Positions 38,874-48,054 are shown, counted from the first letter of the stretch. The stretch is 59,259 nt of DNA from a virus (IMGVR_UViG_3300048599_000301:1-59259), one strand, 5' to 3'. Made by a program: numbers and translations. The notes: a model not told the origin generated them from the sequence alone.

Positions 38874-40460
38874 TCAAGCTGCTTGCTCGCCAAGAGTGCG
38901 GCAAAGGGCCTCGGCGACCGGGGGCGAGACGCTGTTGCCGACCTGCTTGACCTGCTCGGCCTTCGTTCCGTGGAGCACGTAGCCCTCAGGGAACCCCTGG
39001 GCCCGGGCCAGTTCGTCAACGTCGAGCATGCGGAAGCCGATGTCGACGACGCCTAGTTCTTGCATGGTCTTGATCAGGGAGACCATGGCCAGGCCGAAGC
39101 GGTCCTTGGTCGTGATCGTGTCGACTGGCTCTGTCACGGCCTGGACGCTGCCAGTGCCGTAATACTTCGTGAGGAACGGCAGCACGATGCTGTGGCCGGT
39201 CTTGGTTGTCAGCGTGGCCAAGGGCTCTTGGGGCGAGTGGGAGCGGTCATCTTCGCCGCCGTGGTTGACGGCCAGGAGGTAGGGGACCACAATCGCATGG
39301 TTCTCCCGGGCGGCCACGATCGTCGGAATCGGCGTGTCGATCGACTTCGTGGCCCCCGGGTTCCGGCCCATCGCCTTGAACTGAAACGGAACCACGATGC
39401 CGTAGCGGTTCTGGGTGTCCAGCGTGCGGAGTGGCTCTGCCGGGCTGTAGTTCCGTTGCTCGCCTCCGTCGCCGTTGTGATACTGCGTAATGAACGGCAT
39501 CACCACGCCGGCGGGAACGTGGCTGGCCGTGATCGTGGGAATCGGCTCGTCAATCCCCTTCGCGGGCTTGTCCTTCCGGCAGTCGTAAAACCCTTGGCGC
39601 GGGAGCATGAACGGCATGGCAAGGCCGTGGTGCGCTCCACTGGTCGTGATGGTGCTTAGAGGTCCATGGAGTGAATCGGCATTGCAGTTGTTGCGCAGCT
39701 TGACGATGAACGGCTCGGCCGCGGCGCCCACGAATTTTCGAAGGCCGATCTCAATCCTCCGGATCGTCTTCTCGGCCAACGGTCGCTTGCGGGCGAAGAT
39801 GCTCGGGCAAGGCTTTGACCAGTCGATGACCGACCAAGCCGGTTTCCATTGGGCTTGTGGGTGGGTGATCTCCGGCCAAGGAATGTCACGCTTGGAGTTG
39901 CCACGCCTCGCGACGATGAACAACCGCACACGCTTAGTGGCCGCTCCGAAGTCGGCGGCGTTCAGGAGCTGATGGTCGACCTGATAGCCGACCGCCTCCA
40001 GGCTCTTGATCCACTGGCGGAAGATTTCTCCTTTGCGCGACTTGATCGGCCGGCCGTGCTCGTCGATTGGCCCCCAGTCGCGGAACTCCCGCACGTTTTC
40101 GACCACCACCCATTGCGGTCGCTTGGCCTCGGCCCAGATGATCACATGCCACGGCGTCGCCCGTTTCTGGTCGTCGATCGGCCGGCCCCCTCTCGCAATC
40201 GAATGATGTGTACACTCGGGAGACGCCAAGAGAAGATCCAGCTCGGGGAGCGTCGTATCGTGTCGCGGGTCCACGTCGTCGATTCTCGCGCAGATGTGCC
40301 GCGTTCCGGGGTGATTAGTTCGGTGGGTGAAAATAGCCGGCTGCCAGTGGTTCACGGCCAGGGCGATCTTGACGTGTCCGCTGGCCTCGGCGCCGGTGGT
40401 GAATCCGCCGGCTCCGCAAAACAGGTCCGCTCCGATCATGGGTCCTTTTCGTCGTTTCAT
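38874..40460 (-). CDS. C5-cytosine DNA methyltransferase
   Basis: DLFCGAGG, ASPEC, ENV, RVRLF, QVGNSV. Confidence 0.92.
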   Translation of the reverse strand: MKRRKGPMIGADLFCGAGGFTTGAEASGHVKIALAVNHWQPAIFTHRTNHPGTRHICARIDDVDPRHDTTLPELDLLLASPECTHHSIARGGRPIDDQKRATPWHVIIWAEAKRPQWVVVENVREFRDWGPIDEHGRPIKSRKGEIFRQWIKSLEAVGYQVDHQLLNAADFGAATKRVRLFIVARRGNSKRDIPWPEITHPQAQWKPAWSVIDWSKPCPSIFARKRPLAEKTIRRIEIGLRKFVGAAAEPFIVKLRNNCNADSLHGPLSTITTSGAHHGLAMPFMLPRQGFYDCRKDKPAKGIDEPIPTITASHVPAGVVMPFITQYHNGDGGEQRNYSPAEPLRTLDTQNRYGIVVPFQFKAMGRNPGATKSIDTPIPTIVAARENHAIVVPYLLAVNHGGEDDRSHSPQEPLATLTTKTGHSIVLPFLTKYYGTGSVQAVTEPVDTITTKDRFGLAMVSLIKTMQELGVVDIGFRMLDVDELARAQGFPEGYVLHGTKAEQVKQVGNSVSPPVAEALCRTLGEQAA

Positions 40461-40843
40461 AACGTCCAGCACTCCTCGGTTTTGATCCGCATGCGGTTGG
40501 CCCTGGCCTTGGCTTTGACGTTCACCTCAAAGGCCTTGCCGGCGATCCAGAGGAGCTTGGCCAGGTTGCGGCGGTTGGGTTCGGGGATGTCGGCCGGCAG
40601 TCGCTGGGCGATGATCCACTCTTCGGCCGTGCGGTGGAGGGCGGCGTCGAATTCATCGCCCTTGGCCTTCAGGCAGGCTTGAACCGTCGTATACGCTCCA
40701 GCGTGAGCCGCTGCGAAGTGGTTCGCGCCGGCGATCGCCGGCGAATGCGGCTTGGTTTGGACGACTGCGACGATTGCGGCCGGGATACCCAGCTTCTTGG
40801 AAACCTCGGCTATCAGGTGCTTGACGTAGTCGGCGTAGCTCAT
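40457..40843 (-). CDS. Hypothetical protein
   Basis: Coupled ORF. Confidence 0.55.
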   Translation of the reverse strand: MSYADYVKHLIAEVSKKLGIPAAIVAVVQTKPHSPAIAGANHFAAAHAGAYTTVQACLKAKGDEFDAALHRTAEEWIIAQRLPADIPEPNRRNLAKLLWIAGKAFEVNVKAKARANRMRIKTEECWTL

Positions 40844-41445
40844 TCCGGTCCGCCTTTCTCGCTGATCGTCACGGCGAGCGACCCGGCGCGGTCGGTCGGG
40901 CCGCGGGTGATGGTGAGTTGGTCGATTTGGGCATCGTTGAGGTAGACTCCCGCGGTCTGCATGGCGTCCAGCGGCGCTTTGAACAGGTTGTCGAGGTCGT
41001 GGTCGCGGTGGTCCGGCGGCTGATGGGTCTCGATCGCCACGGCCAGCCGGCCCGTCAGCGGCTTGCGGCGGCCGTTGGTTTCGACGAACCAGACCACGCC
41101 GACCGCCTCGCGGTACTGGCGGCCTGGCTTGCTGATCAGCGGCTTTCCTCCGACGAAACGCCAGTACCGGTTGACCGACGGCGGCCAGGGGAGCTTGAGG
41201 GTCAGAGCCTGGGGGCTGGATGGTGTTTCACGCTCCTTGGCCAGGCGGCGTGTCACCTCCTCGGCGGATTCCCAGACGTCGACGGTCGTGCCGTTGGCAA
41301 GGCGAAGGCGGGCACCGTCGACCGAGCCACCAAACGCGATCCGGGTACGGAATTGGGACACGGAGAGGACGGCGGACGGGTCAAGAATGAACACCGTCGG
41401 TTGGTGGCTCTCGTCAAAATGGTCGAATTGGGTTAGCTCGATCAT
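40840..41445 (-). CDS. rusA: RusA-family Holliday junction resolvase with extra N-terminal domain
   Basis: LPWPPSVNRYWR, DLDNLFKAPLDA, NDAQI. Confidence 0.85.
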   Translation of the reverse strand: MIELTQFDHFDESHQPTVFILDPSAVLSVSQFRTRIAFGGSVDGARLRLANGTTVDVWESAEEVTRRLAKERETPSSPQALTLKLPWPPSVNRYWRFVGGKPLISKPGRQYREAVGVVWFVETNGRRKPLTGRLAVAIETHQPPDHRDHDLDNLFKAPLDAMQTAGVYLNDAQIDQLTITRGPTDRAGSLAVTISEKGGPE

Positions 41446-41459
41446 CGGGGCGGTTCCAG

Positions 41460-42341
41460 CTATGGGTGTGGGGTGGCGAGGTTTTCGGGGATCTCCAGGG
41501 GTGCTAGGGCGGCGTCGAGGTTGACGCCTGCGCTAGAGGCCTGGTTGGACATGCAGCGGTAGAAGTAGGCCCAGGGCTTTTGGTGGCCTCCTCCGGCGGT
41601 GGCCTCGACGGCCTCGGCCAGCCACTTCCGTGGGAAGTCTCCGCGGACTGTCAGGGCACAGACGCCGAGGACCAGGGAGCGGTCCTGGCGAGTGGTGGCC
41701 TGGAGACGGAGGCGGCGACACACGGCGCTGGCCTCGCGGGCAGCGGCCGGCCAGTCGACCGGCTCTGCCGGGTGGCTTGCAGGGACGGCCGGAACGGACG
41801 GATTTTCTTTGGACGGGACGGGATGGGACGGGTTCGGATTGGCTTCCGGTTCGGTTCGGTTCGGTTCGGATAGGATGGGGGGTAAAACGTCGCGACACTG
41901 GCTAGCCGTTGTCTCGACGCCGTCGCGACATGGTCGCGATGGCGTTGCGTCGTCGAGCGGTGGAATGGCCTTCTTCGTCTTGCTGTTGGCTAGACGTTTG
42001 CTGCCATAGCACTCCAGGAAGTCGAGACCCATCCGTTGGAGCTTCTTGACGACCCACTCTTCGCAGTGGTCGGCCCAGTCGTGGACGATCAGCCGGCACG
42101 CGTCGTTCTTGTCGAGCCATCGGGCATCGACCAGGACCCCAACAAACTGGGCTGGGTCGCCTCGCCAGTCGCAGGCCTGCGCAATGACGCCGTCCGACCA
42201 TTTCCCCAGGTCTCCGCGTGGGGCTACCTCGCCCGTGTAGTCCCAGAGGAGTTGGAGGATTCCCAGGGCCGCGGGCCGGTCGATGCCAAGCCGTGCGGCC
42301 AGGTCGTAGGTTTTTGGATGTCGGAGCGTCTCGCGTTTCAC
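41460..42341 (-). CDS. Putative replication initiator
   Basis: HPKT..LA...G.L..LW, IVHDWADH; internal 5-bp repeats at about 41810-41870. Confidence 0.65.
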   Translation of the reverse strand: MKRETLRHPKTYDLAARLGIDRPAALGILQLLWDYTGEVAPRGDLGKWSDGVIAQACDWRGDPAQFVGVLVDARWLDKNDACRLIVHDWADHCEEWVVKKLQRMGLDFLECYGSKRLANSKTKKAIPPLDDATPSRPCRDGVETTASQCRDVLPPILSEPNRTEPEANPNPSHPVPSKENPSVPAVPASHPAEPVDWPAAAREASAVCRRLRLQATTRQDRSLVLGVCALTVRGDFPRKWLAEAVEATAGGGHQKPWAYFYRCMSNQASSAGVNLDAALAPLEIPENLATPHP

Positions 42342-42356
42342 GGATCGGGCCTCGGC

Positions 42357-42878
42357 CTAGCGTGCGGTCAGTTGCGCCCAGCGGTCCAAGAACATCCGCT
42401 CTGCGACCTCGGGCGGCTGGGGATCAATCCTGAAGCTGAGCGGCTGATAGTGCTTGTCAACTTCCCATTCGCGAGGCGGCGGGACCATCAGGTCGCGGTG
42501 TTCGGTGCGGAGTAGAAGGAGGTCGGCCTCGTGGACCTCCGGGGGAACCGGAAACGATAAGCCTGCCCAGACGGCAATTACGCCAAGCACCCGGCCCTCG
42601 ATCGCTTGAAAGCCGGTCAGGCGTGGCTTGATCGGGGCGGCAACGTCGGGCAAATAGGCCTCGGCCGCGTCGTGCATCAGCCCCCACAGGGCAGCGGTCG
42701 GCACAATCTCACTGACATGGACCGCGTGTTGGGCCACGGAGTAGAACTGCGTACAGTGGCCCGTATAGCGGCACTTCAGGGCCAGGGCGTGGGCGATGTC
42801 CTCAATGCAAACGGAATCCGCGGACGGATTGAGCGGCCAGAACATCCGGCCGGTATAAGTCTGAATCCAAGGGCTCAT
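42357..42878 (-). CDS. HD-domain phosphohydrolase (YfdR/YfbR-like)
   Basis: EDIAHAL...RYTGH...YSVAQH...LMHDAAEAY. Confidence 0.88.
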   Translation of the reverse strand: MSPWIQTYTGRMFWPLNPSADSVCIEDIAHALALKCRYTGHCTQFYSVAQHAVHVSEIVPTAALWGLMHDAAEAYLPDVAAPIKPRLTGFQAIEGRVLGVIAVWAGLSFPVPPEVHEADLLLLRTEHRDLMVPPPREWEVDKHYQPLSFRIDPQPPEVAERMFLDRWAQLTAR

Positions 42879-42972
42879 TGGTTGTGATTCCTTTGTCTCA
42901 TCAAAATGCCCCGGGGCCTGGGCTCACACGGCCCGACCACGGCCCCGGGACTATCCTTGATCCGTCGCGGCG

Positions 42973-43401
42973 CTAGCCGACGATCGGCGTTTTGATCCAG
43001 TTCGCGCCGGCCAGCAGATCGTCGGGCACGTCGAACAGGCCGAGGTATCCGCGGTAGGGGATCGGCTTGGCCAGCCGGCAGACGTTTCGGAGGACCAGGC
43101 AGCGCGGGCCCTCGGTGTGCTTGTGGGTCGCAAGCCAAGCCAATTCCGGCGGCAACGGTACGGCGCGGATTCGCTCGATCGACATCACGGTGACCAGCTC
43201 GGCAATGCCGACGATCGCCCCCATGGCCATGTCGGGATACTTCCGTTCGTCCGCGGGCATCAGTCGCCGCTTGGACTTGGCCGCGTGGATCAACAGCGGG
43301 CCGCGGTGGGGGTAATTCCACTGGTTGCGGTTCTCGACCCGCTTTTCGCCCACGGCAACGATCAGGTGGGCAAAGGGCTGTTGGATGCTGATGGCTTTCA
43401 T
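42973..43401 (-). CDS. ASCH-domain protein
   Basis: MKAISIQQPFA...KRVENR...RGPLLIHA. Confidence 0.88.
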   Translation of the reverse strand: MKAISIQQPFAHLIVAVGEKRVENRNQWNYPHRGPLLIHAAKSKRRLMPADERKYPDMAMGAIVGIAELVTVMSIERIRAVPLPPELAWLATHKHTEGPRCLVLRNVCRLAKPIPYRGYLGLFDVPDDLLAGANWIKTPIVG

Positions 43402-43961
43402 GGGGCGGTCTTCGGCCTCTGGCACGGGCAGTGGCGATGATGCTTGGAAATCAGGACGATCGTTTCGCCCTGGTCGGCGTCTTCCGGCGTGCTCGCTTGG
43501 TCGGCCTCGGCGTTCTCCATGGCGGTCCGGGCGTCGGCAACGCGTTGCTGGGCCGCTTTCATCGTCTCGGCTGAAACCTCGTCGATCCGCTCGGGCGCCG
43601 TGATGATCTCATTGAGACGGACAAGCTCGCGATGGACTTCGGACGCGGCGGCCAGGCTGGCGGCTGCGTCGACGTATCGCTCTTTCGCCCTGGCCTCCTC
43701 GACCTCGGCCCGCTCCAAGGCAATCCGTCGCTCGGCCGTTTCTCGGACACGGGTTTTCCATGCCGTCTCCGCATCGGCTTGGACGGCATAGGCCTCGGTG
43801 ACGGTCGGGCCAACGTAGGACCGTTCAAGCTTGAAACGCTTGGCAATAGCCGGCGTGGCGCGTTCCATGGCCTCCGTGTGGGCGTTGCGTTGGGCGCTCA
43901 GTTGGGCCAGCCGGCCTTCGGCCTCCATCAGGTCGTCTTTGAGTTGTTGAAGCGTCGACAT
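43398..43961 (-). CDS. Coiled-coil hypothetical protein
   Basis: Ala/Glu/Arg heptads. Confidence 0.55.
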   Translation of the reverse strand: MSTLQQLKDDLMEAEGRLAQLSAQRNAHTEAMERATPAIAKRFKLERSYVGPTVTEAYAVQADAETAWKTRVRETAERRIALERAEVEEARAKERYVDAAASLAAASEVHRELVRLNEIITAPERIDEVSAETMKAAQQRVADARTAMENAEADQASTPEDADQGETIVLISKHHRHCPCQRPKTAP

Positions 43962-44003
43962 GGCAGTGTTTTCCCTTCGTTGTGGGTTGGAGTGGAGGGT
44001 GGA

Positions 44004-44414
44004 CTAGTCGCGGTCGGACGGCTTGACGGGCTCGAACTCGTCGAAGTCTTCGTCGTCTTCTTCGTCGGCCTTCGCCTGAGCCGCGGGGAGGGCCAAGAAA
44101 GAAGGCAGGTCCGGGTATTCCTTGCGCAGCGTGTCGAGCTTGTCTTGGGCGGCGGCAATCTGGCGGCCGAGTTCGGCCGCTCGCTGCTGGGCCTCGCTCA
44201 TCCGGTGCAGTTCGTGCACCGAGGTGAGCAGGGCATTCTTGTGATCCTCGACCAAGGTCTCGGCCTGCTGCTGGAGCTGCTTGGTAGCGTTGGCCGGGTC
44301 CTCGCCCGGTGCCAGTGTGGCCTTGAGACTCACGGCCGGCTTGAAGTTGGCGTAGGCCTCATAGGGATGGTTGAAAGTCCGGGCCGCGCTGACGGTGATC
44401 TCGGTTACGTGCAT
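44004..44414 (-). CDS. Hypothetical protein
   Basis: AGGAG RBS; acidic tail. Confidence 0.6.
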   Translation of the reverse strand: MHVTEITVSAARTFNHPYEAYANFKPAVSLKATLAPGEDPANATKQLQQQAETLVEDHKNALLTSVHELHRMSEAQQRAAELGRQIAAAQDKLDTLRKEYPDLPSFLALPAAQAKADEEDDEDFDEFEPVKPSDRD

Positions 44415-44468
44415 AGCGGTAGCTCCTGGTCTGGTGACGTGGAAAGTTGGAGACGGTTCGCCGGCGTG

Positions 44469-44702
44469 TCACCTGGCCGGCCGGCGGCCGTGTGGTTTTG
44501 TCGGTTGGCTCCGCTCCATGCGCTGGAGTCGCTTGGTCGGATCGTCGAAGAAGTCGCCGCCCTCGTTGGGGTCGGCGTCGAAGTACATGTCGCACCTATG
44601 GCAGTAGTACTGACCATTGGCGGCCGTGGTCGCGTGCCGAGCGGTCCGGCACTGCGGGCACGGCGGACATTTTGGAGTGTTGTTAGCGGCTGGCTTGCCC
44701 AT
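44469..44702 (-). CDS. Small zinc-ribbon protein
   Basis: CPQC...CHRC; GGAGG RBS. Confidence 0.6.
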   Translation of the reverse strand: MGKPAANNTPKCPPCPQCRTARHATTAANGQYYCHRCDMYFDADPNEGGDFFDDPTKRLQRMERSQPTKPHGRRPAR

Positions 44703-44871
44703 TGGAATTGCCTCCCTGCTTCGGTTCGAGCTCGTCGCGGAGAATGCACACCTTCCGTGGCGCGGAGACGGCGATCGTCGCTTTGCCCCCCACAACCTTC
44801 GTGATCTTGATGTGGACGTTGTCCCCGATCCAAATCCCCTGGCCCGCTTTCCTAGAGAGCGTAAGCGCCAT
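44683..44871 (-). CDS. csrA: Carbon storage regulator CsrA-like RNA-binding protein
   Basis: MALTLSRKAGQGIWIGDNVHI...IAVSAPRKVCILRDEL; GAGGAGG RBS. Confidence 0.85.
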   Translation of the reverse strand: MALTLSRKAGQGIWIGDNVHIKITKVVGGKATIAVSAPRKVCILRDELEPKQGGNSNGQASR

Positions 44872-45058
44872 CGAAGATCCCTCCTCGCCTGCGGGCCGGC
44901 TTGGCCTCATGCGGCCGGCCCTAGTCCTGTCCGTTGGGCATCGCTGCCCATCCCTCGCGCCCGGCTCCGTGCCGGGCGGTCCGTACGTCTCAATGATGTT
45001 CGTCAAAAACCCCCGGGGCCGGGGCCAACACGGCCCCGGACAACCCCGGGGGAAAGAT

Positions 45059-45586
45059 CTACGTCCCTCGTGATTCCTTTGCCTGCCTGTGGGCCAATCC
45101 CAATGCGGCGTGGACCATGTCCATCGGCGGATCCGACACATCAGGCCCGCCGCTGCGATACCACTCGGAAACCGCTTCCAGGGCGATCCGCATGGCCGGG
45201 GCCGCGGCCAAGGTCTGGCCGAAGCTCTCGCATTCGGCCGTGACTGAGGCAACCACCAGGCGGTGGCCGGCGTGCGTGTCGAGGATCGTGCCGGCGCTGA
45301 GACTTCCGGGAACGGTGGTAGGGTGAAACTCCAACATGACGCGGGCCATGTCTTCCATGCCCTTGGTGCTGGCTTCCGATCTGACGATGGTGATCCCCCT
45401 GGCAATCCCCGGCTCGATCCTGATGAACCCCTTGCGCTCCAGGGACTTCAGGTGCGACACGACGCCGTTGGGCGAGCGGATCCCGGCGTGGTCGCCGATC
45501 TCGCGAATGGTCGGCGCTCGGCCGGACTGGGCGACCTGCAGGCGGATGTACCCGAATATGGCGGCCTGTTTCGTTGTCAGTTCCAC
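45059..45586 (-). CDS. LexA DNA-binding domain fused to an unrelated C-terminus (no S24 peptidase)
   Basis: LTTKQAAIFGYI...PTIREIG...SPNGVVSHLKSLERKGFI...ARGI. Confidence 0.8.
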   Translation of the reverse strand: MELTTKQAAIFGYIRLQVAQSGRAPTIREIGDHAGIRSPNGVVSHLKSLERKGFIRIEPGIARGITIVRSEASTKGMEDMARVMLEFHPTTVPGSLSAGTILDTHAGHRLVVASVTAECESFGQTLAAAPAMRIALEAVSEWYRSGGPDVSDPPMDMVHAALGLAHRQAKESRGT

Positions 45587-45596
45587 GGTTCCCTCC

Positions 45597-45797
45597 TCAT
45601 TTCATCAGCAATTGATGCCGGTCATCCGCGAACAGGTTGGCCAGCACGATCTCCACGTCGCACGGCTCGATTTCCGTGGCCTCCGCGTCGGCCGCGAATC
45701 TTGGGACCTGCTCATTGAGCAGCCCGCGGAGTCGCTCGACCACTCGATCCCGCAAGGCCTCGGCGGCCTGCGTCCAGGGAGGCGTGTTGGTTTGCAT
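45597..45797 (-). CDS. Hypothetical protein
   Basis: Small ORF in the early operon. Confidence 0.5.
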   Translation of the reverse strand: MQTNTPPWTQAAEALRDRVVERLRGLLNEQVPRFAADAEATEIEPCDVEIVLANLFADDRHQLLMK

Positions 45798-45812
45798 GGC
45801 TGGGTCTCGCCT

Positions 45813-46142
45813 TCACGCGTCAGAAGGGGCGTTGAGGTCCTGATCCTCTGCTTGTTGCTGGACGTAGGCGATGATGTCGCGGCCGAGGTAGAACTTGTTG
45901 CGGCCGATCTTGGCGGCTCGAAGCCCCTTGGCTTGTGCCTCCCTCAGTGCGGCGTCCTTCAGGCCCATTCGAAGCTTTACCTCCTTACGGGTGTAAAGCT
46001 CATGCTCCGAAATGACCCCAAGCCTTCCTGGCTGGTCTGGCCTGCCATCTCCAGGCCGGCGACGCGGCGGCCGTTTCGACTGATGCGATTCATGCAAAGT
46101 CTTTTGCGTATTGGCCTTGCACACGTCCGTACGTGACTCCAT
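45813..46142 (-). CDS. Excisionase-like HTH DNA-binding protein, first early gene
   Basis: LYTRKEVKLRMGL...GLRAAKIGRNKFYLGRDI. Confidence 0.6.
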   Translation of the reverse strand: MESRTDVCKANTQKTLHESHQSKRPPRRRPGDGRPDQPGRLGVISEHELYTRKEVKLRMGLKDAALREAQAKGLRAAKIGRNKFYLGRDIIAYVQQQAEDQDLNAPSDA

Positions 46143-46216
46143 GGCTCACCCCGTTGTTGCTCGAACGTGACATAAACGTGACGCGTTTACGCTAAAACGA
46201 TACTTAACATGCGGTG

Positions 46217-46245
46217 AATGTATTGCAATCGCGTCAGACTGTCAA
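46217..46245 (-). promoter_or_regulatory. Leftward early (lytic) promoter
   Basis: TTGACA-17 bp-TACATT on the minus strand. Confidence 0.7.
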
Positions 46246-46344
46246 CGTAGCTGAACATGTTTGAAGCACAATTGAGTCATAACAGCAATCGCCAGAAGCG
46301 GTTGCTGCCCGAAGAAAATCGCGCAGGCTGGCGATTTTTGTGAT

Positions 46345-46373
46345 TTGACTGCGGTCGGAATGTTGACCAGAAT
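46345..46373 (+). promoter_or_regulatory. Rightward promoter (lysogeny/integrase operon)
   Basis: TTGACT-17 bp-CAGAAT. Confidence 0.55.
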
Positions 46374-46441
46374 GGCGTGTTTGCAGTACACTTAGGTGGT
46401 AATTAGGTTACAAACACGTCGCAATTGAGGTTTTGTGGCCC

Positions 46442-46702
46442 ATGGCTTGGACTAAGTACACCCCCGACGATCTTGAGCAACTCGCCTCTGAGCTTGAGTT
46501 GCGAGCCAAGAGCCTGCGGGACGCGGCGGCGATCGTCCGGCAACGATCAGAGAATGGCGGTGGCGCCTTTGTCGAAATGAATCAGTCGCTTTCGAAGAGT
46601 TCTCCACTGACCAAGGGATTCGCCGCGATAATGGACTTCGCTGCGCAGGCCACGGCGAAGGCGGGAATGGCCCAAGTTCGTTGCATTGGGAAATCGGAGT
46701 AG
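46442..46702 (+). CDS. Small helical protein in the repressor position, paralogue of 560-826
   Basis: Divergent from the early operon, directly upstream of the integrase. Confidence 0.6.
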   Translation: MAWTKYTPDDLEQLASELELRAKSLRDAAAIVRQRSENGGGAFVEMNQSLSKSSPLTKGFAAIMDFAAQATAKAGMAQVRCIGKSE

Positions 46703-46707
46703 CCTCG

Positions 46708-47979
46708 ATGCAAGAGGGCAGAATCAGGGTCTACGTCTACGAGGAATCTGGGCGGCGGTACTATCGGATGAAGTACCAAGATCCAGTTTCCGGGGAGTGG
46801 AGCCGGAGGTCGACGGAGGTACCGGTAAACGAGGGACGCAGAAAGGACGCCGATCGTGCTGGAGCGGTCTGGGAGGCGGAACTGAATGCGGGGCTATACA
46901 CACCGCCGTCCCAGGTTTCGTGGGAAGAATTCCGCGACCGGTATGAGGCGGAGGTCTTGCCAGGCGTCGAGCCGAAGACGCGAACGTGTTACCGTACGGC
47001 ATTGAACGCGTTCGAACGCGTGATCGGGAAGCCGCCACGACTGGCCGTTGTGAACGGCAGTGTTATGAGTCGGTTTTGCTCGGAGTTGAGAAAACCGCGG
47101 CCAGCCAAGCCGCCGGAGGAGAAGCAGAAAGGCAGAGGCCGGCGACCGAAAGAGCAGGTGACCGAAGCGACCATCGCCAGTTATCTCCGCGGTCTCCGCG
47201 CGGCATTTCGTTGGGCTTCAGATACGGGTTTGATGCCGAAAATGCCGAAGTTCCCCCGGCTTCGTGCCAGCCGGTCTGGTGCAGCGCGAATGAAGGGGCG
47301 TCCGCTGACTCGGGAAGAGTTCGAGCGAATGCTCAAAGTAGTCTCGAAGGTTGTAGGGAAAGAGGCCGCCCCGTTGTGGCGGACGTTCTTGCGTGGGCTG
47401 TGGTGGTCCGGGCTGCGTCTCGACGAGGCCTTGCATCTGTATTGGGCTCCCACGCCATCCGACGAAAAGGCCATCGCGATTTGCAGTGACGGCGCGTATC
47501 CTATGCTCTGGATTCCTCCGAAGGGTCAGAAGAACCGCCAAGAGCAGTTACTTCCGGTTGCTCCGGAGTTCTGGAGGTTCCTTGAAAAACGATGGCCTGA
47601 AGATCAGCGGGAAGGTCGCGTTTTTCGCCTGACAAGCAAAATGGGCAACTCGGTTCGTGATTTGCGGGTCGTCTCAAAAACGATCTCACAGATCGGAGAA
47701 CGAGCAAGCGTTGTCGTTGATGCCCATAAGGGGAAATTCGCCAGCGCTCACGATCTGAGACGTTCCTTCGGGCTGCGCTGGGCGACGCGTGTCCTTCCCC
47801 AGGTTCTTCAGGGGATGATGCGACACAAGGACATTGCCACTACAATGACGTACTACGTTGGGAGTCTGGCCGAGACTACAGCGGCTGGTATCTGGTCTGC
47901 ATGGAAGCGAGAAAGGCGGAAAAGCAGTGGGACCAGAAGTGGGACAAAGGCGGGCTCTGAAACGGAAAAACACGAATGA
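46708..47979 (+). CDS. int: Tyrosine recombinase (phage integrase)
   Basis: GLRLDE (R), HDLRRSF (HxxR), MRH, TTMTYY; adjacent to attR. Confidence 0.93.
   Translation: MQEGRIRVYVYEESGRRYYRMKYQDPVSGEWSRRSTEVPVNEGRRKDADRAGAVWEAELNAGLYTPPSQVSWEEFRDRYEAEVLPGVEPKTRTCYRTALNAFERVIGKPPRLAVVNGSVMSRFCSELRKPRPAKPPEEKQKGRGRRPKEQVTEATIASYLRGLRAAFRWASDTGLMPKMPKFPRLRASRSGAARMKGRPLTREEFERMLKVVSKVVGKEAAPLWRTFLRGLWWSGLRLDEALHLYWAPTPSDEKAIAICSDGAYPMLWIPPKGQKNRQEQLLPVAPEFWRFLEKRWPEDQREGRVFRLTSKMGNSVRDLRVVSKTISQIGERASVVVDAHKGKFASAHDLRRSFGLRWATRVLPQVLQGMMRHKDIATTMTYYVGSLAETTAAGIWSAWKRERRKSSGTRSGTKAGSETEKHE
47926..47945 (+). promoter_or_regulatory. Putative integrase arm-type site, right
   Basis: AGTGGGACCAGAAGTGGGAC matches 184-203. 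Confidence 0.7.
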
Positions 47980-48054
47980 GACGCGTTTGAGATATGTCTT
48001 GCTAAGATGTGTGTTAGGAATGGTAACTTAGCTGAATAGGATTGTTTGAAAGGT

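Noticed and set aside
43992-44002. 11-nt match to loop 2 of sRNA copy 4
   Set aside because: The local transcript is minus strand, so it is identical to the loop rather than complementary; likely chance.
44683-45405. 240-aa ORF as one gene
   Set aside because: The upstream part overlaps the LexA-like gene out of frame; only the last 62 codons, with their own RBS, look like CsrA.
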